From assembly GCF_009834535.1 (NCBI RefSeq), contig NC_045696.1, positions 7,876,001-7,940,000 on the forward strand: a stretch of DNA of 64,000 nt, read 5' to 3'. Source of the stretch: Camelus ferus. Its lineage: Eukaryota. The position numbers and the translations under genes are program-made. Each line of letters starts with the position of its first letter. The first letter of the stretch is position 1. Shown here piece after piece: positions 1-12,876 of the stretch. Below the pieces are notes generated by a model. It saw only the letters and a list, made by a program, of their open reading frames with translations. It made no database searches and was not told the origin of the DNA.

Positions 1-830
1 TAATATTCTGTTATAAATATTATATATATATTTGCAAATGTGTGTATATACATATGTATATAAATACCACATTTTATCTTTTCATCTGTTGATGGACATT
101 TAGTTTGCTTGTATGTCTTGGCTATTGTAAATAGTGCTGCTATGAATGTTGGAGTGCATGTATCTTTTTAAATTAGAGTTTTCATCTTTTCTGGATATAT
201 GCCCAGGAGTGGGATTGCTGGATCTTATGGTAGCTCTATTTTTAATTTTTTATGGAACTCCATACTGTTCTCCATAGTGGCTGCACCAATTTACATTCCC
301 ATCAACAGTATAGGAGGATTCCCTTTTCTCCATACCCTCTCTGGCATTTATTATTTGCATACTTTTTAATGATGGCCATTTTAACCAGTGTGAAGTGATA
401 CTTCATTGTAGTTTTGATTTGCATTTCTTCTAATAGTTAGCAATGTTGAGCATCTTTTCATGTGCCTGTTGGCCATCTGTATGTGTTACTTGGAGAAATG
501 TCTATTTAGGTCTTCTGCCCATTTTTTGATTGGTTTGTTTGATTTTTTTTTTTTTTTTGATATTGATCTGTATGAGCTGTTTGTATATTTTGGAAATTAA
601 TCCCTTGTCAGTTGCATAATTTGCAAATATTTTCTCCCACCCTATAGGTTGTCTTTTCATTTTGTTTCTGATTTCCTTTCTATGAAAAGCTTTCAAGTTT
701 AATTGGGTCCCATTTGTTAATTTTTGCTTTTATTTCCATTACTCTAGGAGATGGAGCCAAAAAAAATATTGCTGCAATTTATGGCAAAGAGTGTTCTGCC
801 TGTGTTTTCCTCTAGGACTTTTATAGTGCC
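1..830 (-). mobile_element. LINE-1 fragment (ORF2 3' part and start of 3' UTR), 5'-truncated, runs off window start
   Basis: ORF 502..696(-) [30 protein letters not shown] is L1 ORF2-like. Typical L1 minus-strand text such as gggattgctggatc and ggctgcaccaatttacattccca. Confidence 0.95.
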
Positions 831-1200
831 CAGTTTTGTGGGTCATGAATTCAGGCCAGGCTTGGCTGGGGGATTCTTCTGCTACACGTGGTGTTGAGGG
901 AGGGAGGTCCTTGGCGGCACTCAGCTAGCAGATGTGCTGGTCTGGAGGGACTGTGATGCCTGGGAGAGCTGGAAGGCTGGGCTCAGCTGGAATACGGATC
1001 AGAGCACCCCCAGGTGGCCTGTCTCAGGGTGGTCCATCTTCTCATTTGGTGGCTCAGGGCTCCAAGAGCGAATGTTCCCTGTGAACAAGGAAAAGGCATG
1101 GCTTCTCATGATTCAGCCTCTGAAGTCACACTTTTTCTATATCCTAGTGATAAGGCACTTGGAGAGCCCGCCCAGATTCAAGTAGAGGGTATGCAGATTT
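831..1200 (-). mobile_element. MaLR LTR (MLT1-type), interrupted by the L1 on its left
   Basis: cagttttgtgggtcatgaattcaggccaggcttggctggg...gaaaaggcatggcttctcatgattcagcctctgaagtcac...cccagattcaag resembles recalled MLT1F/G/H consensus. Confidence 0.7.
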
Positions 1201-1274
1201 TCTGTCCCACCCCCACCCCACCCCCCACCTTGCACTTGCAAAAGGAGGAGTGAAAAAACTGCCAATCTACCCTA

Positions 1275-1392
1275 CCCACCCCTTTACCCCCAGTGCCCAT
1301 AAGTTTGTTTTCTCTGTCTGTGTGTCTATCTCTCTCTCATAAATAAGTTCATTTATGTCCTTTTTAAAGATTCCACATATCAGTGATATTAG
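1275..1392 (-). mobile_element. Short L1 3' UTR fragment
   Basis: ccataagtttgttttctctgtctg...aaataagttcattt...gattccacatatcagtgatat matches the same L1 3' UTR seen at about 20570-20660 and 26570-26660 in this window. Confidence 0.8.
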
Positions 1393-3460
1393 CCACCTTG
1401 TTCTAAGAAGGATTTAAGGCGGCTTTGTCAAGGGCATAAAGTGGTTTATGAAAGTAAGATACTGTTGTCTCCCCACTGAGGCCAGAGTGATGCCTCTCTG
1501 CCCTGCCTCCCTACCCTCAGCAGTTCCGCAGTTGCTTTAACCACAAAGCCCACAGCCCTTTGCAACAAAGTGGAAACGCCATCCTCCTCAGAGTCCAGGG
1601 AAACAGCACAGCTGCCCTGCCTGTGGAGCATCCCCGGGGACAGCAGATTGCGCAGCTGCACCTCCCTGGAGGCTGTGCTCGGCAGGGAGGGACCACAAAG
1701 GGTATGTGGGAATGGCAGGTGCAGAGGGATGGTGAGAGTGTCAGGAAGAAGGCTGCCCACAAGGACCTGAGAGAACAGAAACGGGTATGAGGACTTCAGT
1801 TCGGTTGTGTGCTGTGTGCATCCCCCCTGCTTCGGCACAAATCTGCAGTAAAACCTACAGTGTTTGCTGAGCCTTCCCTGGCATTCAGCTTCCCATCCCT
1901 ACATTTTTCCCTTGGCACGTATGATTTTGCTTTTTGAACTGTTTCCTTCAGCGGAACGTAAGTTCCACGAGAGTGGATATTTTTGTCTTTGGCTTTATCT
2001 CCAGCTCCTGGAATACCTGGAGCAAAGAAAGGACCCAATTAGATGGAGTGTTTCATTGTTCATTGAACTGTTTTGTTCATGGCCACTGAGGCCCTGAGCA
2101 GGGGGCCCACAGTTCCATCAATTCTTCAATGGCCACAGGAAGGACTCATTAGTTAAATGAGTGAATACTTTAATGTAAGTGGGTTTTTATGGTGGTTGGG
2201 GTTCAAGGAGAGCCCCATCCTAGATGTTACAGCGATTGAGGAGTTAGGAGGTGAGATGAGAGAGCTGGTGGGGCGGAGGTGTCGGAGGCAGTGATTGCTG
2301 GTCAGAGTTGGACAGGGTGTGTGCACGGATGGGATGAATCAAACCACAGCCTTGCTCTAAAAATTGGAGCCTCTGGACCCACGGTGCCAGCATCCCTGGG
2401 AGTGTGTTAGGAATGCCCAAGCCCAGAGGGTTTGTTTGGACATTAAAGTCTGAGAAATACTGGGTGAAAGTGTCCACTGGCAGAAAGAAGTCAGCTCCCA
2501 GGGTGCAGGCGTTCTAGAGGAAGAGGGGGGGATCCATCTGCTCTGGGAACACACCCCTTCTCCAGGGCCGAGGAGGGACAGGGTGTGGCAAGAGCACAGC
2601 CACCCTCAGGACACCTGGGGGCTGCGGAGGGAAGGCCTGTTCTACTGGAGGCTGCGGAGTGAGAAGAAGCAATGAAGCCGCTAAGGCTGGGGGACAGAGG
2701 AGACCGCGCCAGGGCCACACATTACAGTCACCTAACCTGATCCCTCGGGGGCCCTCCAGGCACCTGCCACATAAGCCCGCCCACCTCCTACCCTCCCACC
2801 GGGCAGGGAAATGCCTTTCCCTCCGCAGTGGTTGCTCTCCTCCCTTTATTCTTCCTCCCCTATCTTTCTCCTCTCCCCATCTCCTGTCTGATCTTATCCA
2901 CCCTTGAGGGCTCTGCTTCATGCCACTTCCTCCAGGAAGACCCCCCTGCTTAGTTAGCTCCCCTGTTACACGGGCCCTAGAGCTCTGCCTCTTGGCACTG
3001 CTCACCGCACTGAGATTGCACGTTCAGAGCAAATACTTGCTTGCTCAGTTGGAAGCGTCAGAAGAGCAGAGACTGTATTCCCAGGCGATCCCCCCAGCTC
3101 CACCCCCCACCACCTCCTACCCCCAGCTTTAGCTTGCCCGTTGCAGGTTTCAACCCATACTTGTTCAATGAATGTATCAATGAATGAGCCGTCCATCAGA
3201 CTTTGCTCAGTTGGTAAGATACAGTTTATTGGAAAGTTCCGTTTTCTCAGGAGCCCTCTGGCACATGTTTCGGTCCTCGCTTTCTTCCTGGCCAGTAGAA
3301 CAACTCTGTCCAACTTATGGGCAAGACTAGGGGAAGAAGGTGAATCATGGCAGGGATCACAGGCCTCTTTCTGGTCACTGGCCTAGTGATGAGGTGACCT
3401 AAGTCACCAGGACAACGTGCTGGGGCTTCTGGAGATGCCCTTCCCTAATGAAAGAAGGCC

Positions 3461-3555
3461 ATGCAGTGACCAACCTGTCTCAGTCTGCCTGGGACTGTCC
3501 AGGGAAACTGCCCCTTCAGTCCTGGGCAAAGGAGGTTGCTTGGTTGGTCACCCTG
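3461..3555. mobile_element. Small hAT-Blackjack MITE (MER81/MER94-like)
   Basis: Inverted repeat GTGACCAACC (3466-3475) / GGTTGGTCAC (3542-3551), internal ctgcctgggactg. Confidence 0.65.
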
Positions 3556-3599
3556 GGAGTTGATCAAATTTCCTTTCTTTTTGAATGTTGTGTGTGCAG

Positions 3600-3840
3600 C
3601 TGCAGAGGCATCTTAGGACCACAAAGTGAGAATGCATTTAAAGATGAAAATATAATTTACTGAGAATACCTAAGCAGAAAATAGGAGTCCTCAATGACAT
3701 CCCTGAGCCACGCAAGAACAACCCTGGCATTTTCTACTTCTTGCTTCTTGCAATGTGACCTGACTGATTGTCTTGATTGCTTAAGCTGCTCTTAGGTGGG
3801 CTCACCATTACTTGCAGCTGAAAGCAGTCCTAACTGTACA
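3600..3840 (+). mobile_element. Old MaLR LTR 3' part (MLT1J/K-like)
   Basis: Ends ttacttgcagctgaaagcagtcctaactgtaca, like the MLT1J/K terminus. Confidence 0.6.
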
Positions 3841-4631
3841 GTCAGTAAAGTCGGGGGGCAAGTGCCAGCAAATATAAGACCAGTCGAGTCTCAGTACTGC
3901 AGAAGGCAGATCTCCGGTCACGCCACTTTCTAAAAACATATCGGCCAACAATGGGAGACCTTGGGATCCGGGTCTTGGGCGGCAAACCGCTCGGGCCTCT
4001 CACTGCCATTGGTACTACCCACCCGCCATCTGTTCAAATATTGTCAAACAGAGAAATCCTGTGTTGAAAAACTCTAGCACAATGAAACTACATGTTTTAC
4101 TTGCTGCAACAGGCAGAGCCATTATTTGAGAATTTCCACTAAACAAATAAGCCTTCACATTTCGGTTGGTAAGCCATGTGTGCCGTGCGCAGGAAGAGCT
4201 GAATCACGTGCATTATTTTGTCTTGTTGATGTGCACATTTTTCATGGCCCAATAGAGGTGTGTGTGGTTTGGCTCCGTTAAAAAAATTCCCACCCTTCCC
4301 CGTAAGCTTCGAAACAAAAGTGCTCTCTTTACACGTCTCTCATCGACCTTTCATCCAGAGCCTTCCTGTGAGCTGGATTGAATGAGTGCTCTGAATTTCA
4401 AAGGGAGGCTCCCAGAAATGCACTGGACCTCCTGTACCCCAGTTCACTTGCATTTACAGTGCCGTGCACCTTTTGGCTCCTGTCCAAATTAGGAGTCTCC
4501 TCTTCATTCCTCTGGGATGATGCTGGATAAGGAGGAGCGGCAGAAGATGTCAGCCCAGAGTTCAAATCAAACATGGATCAGCTAGAAGATGCACGTTGTG
4601 ATGCATTCCTAAACGTGTTACAGGACCCTCA

Positions 4632-4839
4632 CAGGGCACCCGCCCTCCGCACTATTGACATTTGGGGCTGGGTAATTCTTAGTGGGAAGCTGTCCTGCAC
4701 ACTGTAGGATGCTTAGTAGCACCCTAACCTCCACCCACTAAATGCCAGTAGCACCCTTCCCCCAGTTGTGACAACCACAAGTATTTCCAGGCATTGCCGA
4801 ATGTCCAGAGATCCCCCCCTGCCTGGCCGAGAACCACAG
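4632..4839. mobile_element. MER20 (hAT-Charlie) DNA transposon fossil
   Basis: gcactattgacatttggggctgg...aatgccagtagcaccc...cagttgtgacaacc...gagaaccac. Confidence 0.9.
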
Positions 4840-7800
4840 ATTTAGGGGGAACATCGAATTTGTAACACAGAAGTTATAAGGTTCACTGAAGCTCACCAGC
4901 TCCCGTCCTAGGGCTGTGGATGCACGTTTGGGAGAGGTTGGCATTAGGGACTGACCAGGATATCGAATCAGTTCAATCTTTGGTAACTCTGGGGGAAAAG
5001 TGGAGAAAAAGAGAGGTCTGTTCAAGTCCTCCATTGTGCTTGATGACGAGCATTCCCGTAAGTCCCAACTCATTTCGTTTGCATTTGATTTTCAAAGCGT
5101 CCTTCTGAGTCAGCCGTCCATGGAGCTGTTGGCATAGAGGACTTAAACACCATTGCCGTGAGGCTCACGATCGCTTCTGAAGCCTCTTGCTAGGCTGGCT
5201 ATGGGAGCCCCACAGGTGGCAGAGGCTCAGTGGTGTGGGAGCCCTGAAGTCAGAGTCCCTGCAGGTCAGAGAGGAGGAGTAGGGAAGGCCTGGGCTGCTC
5301 TTTAAAGGGACTGGATCAGTGGGATTAATGCCACTGAAACACATCTGTTGCCCAATTATTTTATCAACCAACCAATGTATGCATTGAGCTCCATACGGGT
5401 GTGATGTGCTCTGGGTGCTGGGACCTAGACAGAACCAGGAAGGCCTGGGATTCACATGCCAGCTGGGAGCCAGGAGACAGAAGAGAGGGGACACCAAGGA
5501 AACACAAGTGGAACCCAGTAGGATAGAGAGTGGTGCTGGAGGGGGCCAGGCCAGCATCCACAGAGGGCCCTGCACAGACCTGGAGAGAGCACATGCGGAC
5601 TGCACGGGAGGAGGCGGGCGGGTGGACACCCTGGCCAAGGCAAAGGGGCTGGGGCCGAGGGGGCAATCCAGTGTCCTTTCCAGAAACAGTGACCGAGCTT
5701 GAACGGGGCAGGCCATCAATTTGGGGGGGCTGGTGGGAGAGGAAACAGAGAGGTTGGGAGAGGAAGTGAGGGGGGGCCTCGAATGCCAGGCCTGGGAAGC
5801 AGAGGACCAATTTCGCTGAGGAGGGAACCACAAACGGGGTTCTGCACAGGATCAAGGTTTGCAAATACCAGTGACCGAGCGAGTGGGGTCCAGGCCAGAT
5901 GGCTGTGCGTCCCACCGGGGGCCAGGCCCGAGCTCAGCTTACTTACGCCAGCCCGCTCCCTCCCAGAGGTGGCTTCTGCCCCCCACCAGCCCCCATCGGC
6001 TCCCAGTTGTGTTCCTTTCATTTTAATGGCGGTAAACAAAACACTCCTCCACAAAGGCCCAGTGTGTGGAAAGCCAGGGTTGCACGGTTCTCAGCATCAC
6101 ACCCCATTCATCCCCCAGTGAGAACCGCGCCCCCACCTGAAGTGGAGAGTTGAGCAATTATCAAGAGAATGTGATCGATGGAGACAACCGATTGGGAATA
6201 ATTAGGTCAAAAGCCCCTCTGTTTCCAAAGCACCAGTTGGCTGTGATGGAGTTTCTGCCGGAATCATCTGGAGATCGGCCTGGGCTCTGCCGGCTCCCGG
6301 GGGTGGAGGTGTTGGGGAGCCTGGGAGCCCACACAGAGCCCTCTCGGCCCCTCTCAGCTCCGGGGAGGCCCAGGTGGGGCCTCTGCAGGGCGGAGGGCTG
6401 GGAAGCCGCTGGGAAGGCAGCAGCTCTGTGTCCAAGGGTCAAGTCCTGGGAGTGTGTTTGGAAGCTGTCCCTTTTGTGTCCCTCCTTGAAGTCCCTGGAC
6501 CCCCAAGGTGCTAGGGTGGCAGAAGCCAGGCTGGGTCCCTTCTCTGGCCCTTGGTGCTACCAGGTAGCTCTTTGGGTTTTCTTACAACCCCTCACTGTGG
6601 GACTCAGTGTGAGGGCCAGGCAGGGGGGCACAGCGATGGGACAGGTATCCAGGACCATCGCTTCCTCTAACGCCTGGCTCTGTGATGTGCGCAGGTGGTC
6701 CCTGAGCCCCGCCTAGGAGACGCTTCTTTCTAGGGAGGATGTTGGGTCCCTAGCACTCATCCCTACCAGTTTCCGGATGTACTCGGAGCAGGGTGGGCTC
6801 AGCCTCTGTTCCCTGGGATCGGCTGTCTCCTTCACAACCACACAGAGAGGATTTCCTGCCTGGGGTGGAGGCCGTGTTTGCCAGGCTGCCGGGTCTGGTG
6901 GTCTTTCTCGGTAAAGCCCTCTGGTGAGTGAACAGGCCACCCGTTAAATCCTCCGCATTCAAAGCAGTTTTTAGGGCCCACAGGCCAGACGACGTCCCAG
7001 AGGCTGGGGTACGAAGATCACTGAAACGGAGGCCCCAGGCCGCCTAGAATGTGGAATGAAGTGGGAGACTGATGTGCACCCGAACTGGAAGCAGTTCGAG
7101 TTGGCGAGTGCTTCACATTCAGTGGGGCATCCTCCTGGGGGGTCAGAGCCAGTGCCCCAAGAAGGGAACCGGCCAGCTGCATCAGTACGGGCGAGAAGAG
7201 CCTTCCTCACAAAGAAGGGGGGCATCTCGGAGGAAGGGCCTGGCTTACACATAGGTGGGAGAGGGGCTGGTGGGTGCCTGGAACCATGTGGGGTGGAAGG
7301 GGAGAGACATTTTCCACCAGTAGGGCTGGAGCCCTACTGTTGAAAATGCAGATTTCCAGAGAGACTCCCACGGGCCAGCTCTGCCCGCCTGTGCCCAGCT
7401 CCTGGTCTAGGGGGGCACTCCGATCAGCAGCCAAAGTCACTGCAAAGGTGAGGGTGCTTCCCCAGGAGAAGGAATCCTGGGTGCTATTGGCCGGGTGGAG
7501 CGTGGTTATTGGGGGAGTAGGTGGGGAGGGCATTTGTTCCCAGGCTGCGGTGGCCTAGGGAGTGAGAGGACACAGAGCTGACAACTGGCTGGCCACCCTG
7601 GCAGGAGAGCCCGGAACCAAGGAGGCAGGAGATGTTGGGGTGGGGACAGGGGCATGGCCTGCCTCTTCCGCTGGGGTCTTCCCTCCAAGGCTGGTGTTGG
7701 CTTCTTTTACTGAGAACAGGCCAGTTTACTAAGGGGCTTTAATGCACAATTCCACGAGGCTGGTGATCCTTCCTCGTTTTACAGGTGGAACCCAGGCCTG

Positions 7801-9169
7801 GAGACTCCAGGCTCGGAGAGCGCCTCGATGCCCACACATCCCTGCTGAAACTCTTGGCTTCTCTTCTAGATGTGCTGTTTAACCCATTTAGCAACAAATA
7901 AACTCAGATGTTTCTGAAAATTCCACGGTACCCATTACTGTAATGGGTCCAGGCAGTGTCTTAAAACCAGAGCTCGGGGGCGCTGCTTCTCGCCAACAAG
8001 CCCGGCAGGCCCGCGAGACCACAGGCCCCCTGGCCGGGCAGCGGGGGTGGCCAAGGCACCCAGCCGGATTGGAGATGCAATAAACAGCGTCATTCTCACT
8101 GTTTTTAAGTTAACCTTTTTGGGAGGCGGGGGCTGGCAGTCTGGATACTGGAGCTTCGTGGTTCAAAACCAAAAGAACACAGGAAAGTAGGACGTGAAAA
8201 CTTGCCTCCCTCTTCCTGCCCGCTTCTCCTCCTTTTCTTATGTTCAGCGTTCCTTTAGAAACATCATTTCCAGACTTTTCACATTCGCCTTCAAAGCAGT
8301 ACATCACCTACTGAAGAAACCCGGCATGCTTGGTGCATGGCAAATACGCTCTTCAGCTCAGAGCAAAATCTCTCTCTAAGCCTCTTGAAGGAGTTTAAAA
8401 ATCCTGTTCTGAAGAATCTTTGCTCTGAGGGAAAAACACTAAGTTCATACCTTTGTTCATCGGATAAATTAAAGCAAGAGTGAAACTCTCATTCTTGGAA
8501 ACGTAATCTATCATCTAGGAAGAGACCCCGTGTTCCTTTGGCTTCGAAACACTGCTGTTTTGTCTGACAGTCAGAAAATACATTAATAAAGCCCGAGGGA
8601 TCCTTTCCGTTTGGAACTGCCTCTTGTCATAACAAGATCTCCAGATGCCCCGTCTCCTTCCCAGCGATAGGTTCTTTTGTCACTGGTATTAGCCACCGGC
8701 ACTTGTCCCTGATCGGGCCACTGAAGAAGGCAGCAGAATGCCGGTGGGCACAGGAGCTCACCAGGCAAGAGATTTTATTTTTTTTCTTTAAAGCAAAAGG
8801 AACTGAATCTCCCCTCTCTTCATCTTCACAGGCTTGGCATTTGCTCAGCAAGAGGTAGTAATAAAACATTTTCCAAACGGGGCCAGTTCCTGAGAGTTCA
8901 TAAAAGGCACATCAGAGAGGAGCTCACTCACTAAGGGAGGTTCTGGATTTTTTAACAAGCAGCAGTGTGCTCTCAGGAACCCGCAGGGAAAGAGGAGCAG
9001 CCAGTCCTGCCAGCATTTGAGACTTGGAGGCCACTGTGACCAGCAGAGTGGCATAAAGCCCAGCCGCCTTCCTTGGGGTGCAGAAATTAGGAAGAGCCCA
9101 AGCTGGGGGTCTCTGCAGGGATTCCAACAGAAAAGCGCCTGCCCTTTTAGATTCCTTAACCTCAGAGGC

Positions 9170-9343
9170 CAGCCGTTGGCAAACTATGACCTGTGGGCCA
9201 CATCTGGCCATAGCCTGTTTTATCAACAAAGTTTTATTGGAACACAGCCACACCATTCACAGTTGTGACAGAGACCCCTGTGTGGGCTACAAAGCCAAAA
9301 ATACTCACTGTCTGGCTCCTTATGGAAAGTTTGCTACCTATTG
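9170..9343. mobile_element. MER58A (hAT-Charlie)
   Basis: ttggcaaactatgacctgtgggccacatctggcc...aaagttttattggaacacagccac. Homologous to the copy at 44247-44467. Confidence 0.85.
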
Positions 9344-10534
9344 GGGGCAGTAAAGAGCAGGCATCACCTGTACAGGAAAGAGATGAGGCATTTTCTTGGG
9401 CTGTGAGGTTACCCGAGGAGAATGGACTAAAAGAAATATGCAGTCGATTCCCATGGAAATAGAGAAGGAAGAAGCCACGAGCAGAGCCCCGCAGACTCCC
9501 CAGCCGGACTGTTTGGAGGAGGCCCCCGCCCTGAGAGGCCAGCACATGGTTGTGGACTTGGCCGGGACATGCGGGATGGAATTGGGGGTTATGAGTAGGG
9601 CACCAGGGCTGCCTCGGGGCACCTGGGGCCAAGACCCCTCAGAGCTGTCATGTCTCCAGGGGAGACCGCACAGATGCGCAGCATTTTAATCCCAGCCACC
9701 GGGGTGGGGTGGCCTCAGAAGATGGGCTCTTGGTGCCAAAGTCTCAGGCCAGGTGGACCACGGATCTTCCCCCAAAACTCTCCTCCCTGTCCATCCAGTA
9801 GGCTTGGTGCCTGACGGGACGGGTCCCACCCACAGCTGCCCGGGGGTCTCTGAGGATTTTACCCTCTGCCTGGGTAAAGAAGAGCGACCCTGTAGGCAAA
9901 GGGAGGGTTGCAGGGTAGCTCTGCTCTCCTCAGGGAGGGAGGACACACTGCTGAGTAGGTGACCCTCCAGGGCTGGCCCCCCCACCCCCTTAAGAGCATC
10001 GTATGTTGGCCTTACACCCCAGTCTCATGCTTTTTCTTCTAAAAAATTAACTATTTAATTACACCTAGATGCCGCAGCATTTCTATGGGCCATGCACTGT
10101 TCTGAGTGTCTTATCAATAACTAAATTAAACCTCCTACCCATGGGGGTGAACAGATGACATTGGAGCTGCCGTGGGGTGGGAGAGGAAGAAGGAGGCAAA
10201 AGAAGATCAAGAGAAAGGGAAGGTGAGAGGACAAGGAGAGAAGGAAGAGGCAAGAAACACAGAGCCAGGAAGGAACGGGAAGGTGAGAAAGGTGTACTTT
10301 TCGTGAATGCAGAGGTGAGAACCCGACTGTGGGAGCTGTGACCCTCTCAAGACCACAGATTTGATGATTCCTGACACTATGAAGCTCTCTTGGTTGCAGA
10401 CAAAACAAAATACAGTCTTCCCTCAATTCACACAAGTGGCATTCCTGGAGAATATAGTGCAAAATTCACTTTACGTTCCTATGGAGTTAAGTTTCCAGGC
10501 TCAGACACTCACAAGCAGGTTTTCGTTTACATGA

Positions 10535-10722
10535 ATGGCATGTGGGACAAGGGACAGTTTTTTGCTGAGAGCTACTGTTCTGTGCCTGGCAGTTCCCTGG
10601 CTCCCGTCCCCTAGATGCGGGGAAGACCCCTCCTGCCTCCCTCTCCCTGATGGTGCCAATCAAAATGCCTCCTCCAATCTCCAAAACAGCCCCTAGGGGG
10701 CAGTACCACCCCTGTTGAGATC
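10535..10722. mobile_element. MER20-like hAT-Charlie fossil carrying a CTCF-like motif
   Basis: Same layout as MER20 (ctgttctgtgc...ccctagatgc...caatcaaaatgcc...ctgttgaga) but more diverged. Confidence 0.55.
10687..10705 (+). promoter_or_regulatory. CTCF-like core motif
   Basis: CAGCCCCTAGGGGGCAGTA versus consensus CCASYAGRKGGCRS: one core mismatch. Motif match only. Confidence 0.45.
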
Positions 10723-10848
10723 GTGTGTCTATTGGATACTTTGTGTCAGTGCCAGGCAAGGTGCCAGGCTGGGGATGAGGAGGGAGAGCTGTGGGGCATA
10801 AATGAATTAGACTTGGTAGCCAACCCATGAAGTATGGACTCTTTAAAT

Positions 10849-10969
10849 TAGGGGTGCCAGATTTAGCAAATAAAAAGATTGCGTGGGATATACCTATGCT
10901 AAAAATGATTTGTTGTTTGTGTAAAATTCAAATTTAACTAGATGTCCTATTTTTTATCTGGTAGCCCTA
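10849..10969. mobile_element. MER53 (hAT), internally deleted
   Basis: Termini TAGGGGTGCCAGATTTAGCAAATAAAAA / ATCTGGTAGCCCTA and internal aaattcaaatttaact. Confidence 0.85.
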
Positions 10970-12719
10970 CTGATGATACCAAGATCATGGATATGATGGA
11001 TGGTGCCAGCATAGGGACCGAGGGACTCAGAGGAGGGGTCTGCAGGGAAGGAGACGTGGAGACCGTCTCGGGCACTGGAGTGGCCTTTCCCATCTGCAGA
11101 GTTCTGCATACTCAGTAGCTCCCTGAATGCTCACACTGATCTGTGGACTGAGCCTCATTGTCCCCTGCTCACCAGTGAGGCCACTGAGGTGCTAAGAGTT
11201 CACATGACTCCCTCCAAACACACATCCAATAGGAGGAGAGAGAGGCCACTGACATGCTGCTCCCTGTGGCCACCTGCGGGAGCCCCTCTGCAGGCGTGGA
11301 GTCCTGGCGCGAAACCTGCCACTGGATGAGACGTCCTCACTGGGGAGATCCAGTGTCAGAGAGCCTGGCTTAGAATTGGGGTTTAGCCAGTGTGGCTTAG
11401 AAGGGTTGAAGGTCTGTGTGGCCAGCACTGCCTGGGGTGTGAGAAGAACATTGCTTTCAAGGAGCCCTGCTCACCTGGAAGAGAAAAGGGTACAAGTTGT
11501 GCACTTGTTCTAAGGAAAAGCTAAGTTCAGCCCAGCCCAGTCCAGAACCCAATGCCCTGCACACTCAGATCCCAGCCCTGTCACCACCTCCTTACCAGCC
11601 CCTTCCTCTGCAGGGACAGGACGAGGCAGGGACATCCCCTCAGGATGGACAGGGGTGCTGCTGGCATCAGCAGCCTTCATTCTTAGCTTAGATGTGTTCT
11701 GATTTTTCACGGCTTAACTGGACCAGCTTCCACCGAAACTCAGACTTCATACTTTTGGGCGATGAGTTCATGGTTAGTCGTGCAATGTTCTCTCAGCTAA
11801 CAGTAGGGGAGAGAGAAATTGGCCTGGATCTGTTGCTGGTAACCGCATCCTGTCATGTGGGGACCTCGCAGCCCCAGAGTAGGGTGGGAATTTGGAGGAG
11901 GTTATCCTCAACTCCTGGGGAAGAGTAAAGAAAAATCCTGAAAGGAAAGTTTAAGAGTTGCAGGCTCAGTTAAAGCCTCTTATTGCTCTCTGCAGGATAT
12001 ATGGGGGAGAAGCCAGACTGAATTGGTGAAAAGTCTGGATGCAAAAAAAAAAAAGGAATAGATTTTGTTTCTTTTTTTAAAATAATGTCAACTTTCCCTT
12101 GATTACAAAGGCACTTAAAAAGTATATGCAGGCATTACAACATTCTGCTTGCTGAAGGAAATTTAGAAAAATATAGAAAAGTAAATCATAGAAAAATAAA
12201 AATCACCTGCAATCTTGCTAGCCAGAGTAACTTCATTTTTTAAGTAAAAAGAATAATATAAACTAACCACTAACTAAACGTTGCCAGCTCGGCCAGCCGT
12301 CTCTGGGGGAGTAGGGGAGCGTCATTGGTTAGTAACACACAAATGGTTGTATAAAAATAGATACAAAGCTGGTTTCAAAAGATTCTTCAGGACATTAATG
12401 TTACCTTTTAGTCTCCCTTATCTGTGAATTTCCTTAACTCCTTTTTATCACAGATGGTCCAAAGGTAAACTTTAGTTTTGCTCTTGTTAAAATAATTAAA
12501 AAGTAATGAGATGTTTCTATATGGCTGCTAATATAAGGCTCCATATTTCAAAGATAGATCAAAAATTGCACATAACTAGGGGAGAGGGGGTAAGGGTGAA
12601 GGCGTCGGGGGGAGAGAGGAAACCTCACTCATGGTCATTCCCCAGCTCGGTCGATTGTTAACCAGCAGCCAGGACATTTAAACCTCTGAACCTCAGTGTC
12701 CCTGTCTGTAGAGATGCTT

Positions 12720-12876
12720 AGGGTGTCAGCGGAGAATGCCAGTCAGAACCACCCTGGTGAGCTTTTTAAAATATGCATGTGTGGTTCCATTGGGCGGATT
12801 CTGACTCAGTGGGCCTCGGGCAATTGTAGGGGTGGGGGTGGGGGTGGGGTCTCGGTATTTTCAAAAAGCTCCCAAG
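12720..12876. mobile_element. MER5A-like fragment
   Basis: tcagaaccaccctggtgagctttttaaaat...gattctgactcagtgggcct...aaaagctccc. Confidence 0.65.

Noticed and set aside
5165..6716. Overlapping long ORFs (222, 183, 140, 188 aa)
   Set aside because: Pro/Ser/Gly-rich translations on both strands in GC-rich DNA, partly over L2-like relics, with no recognisable domain. Expected by chance.
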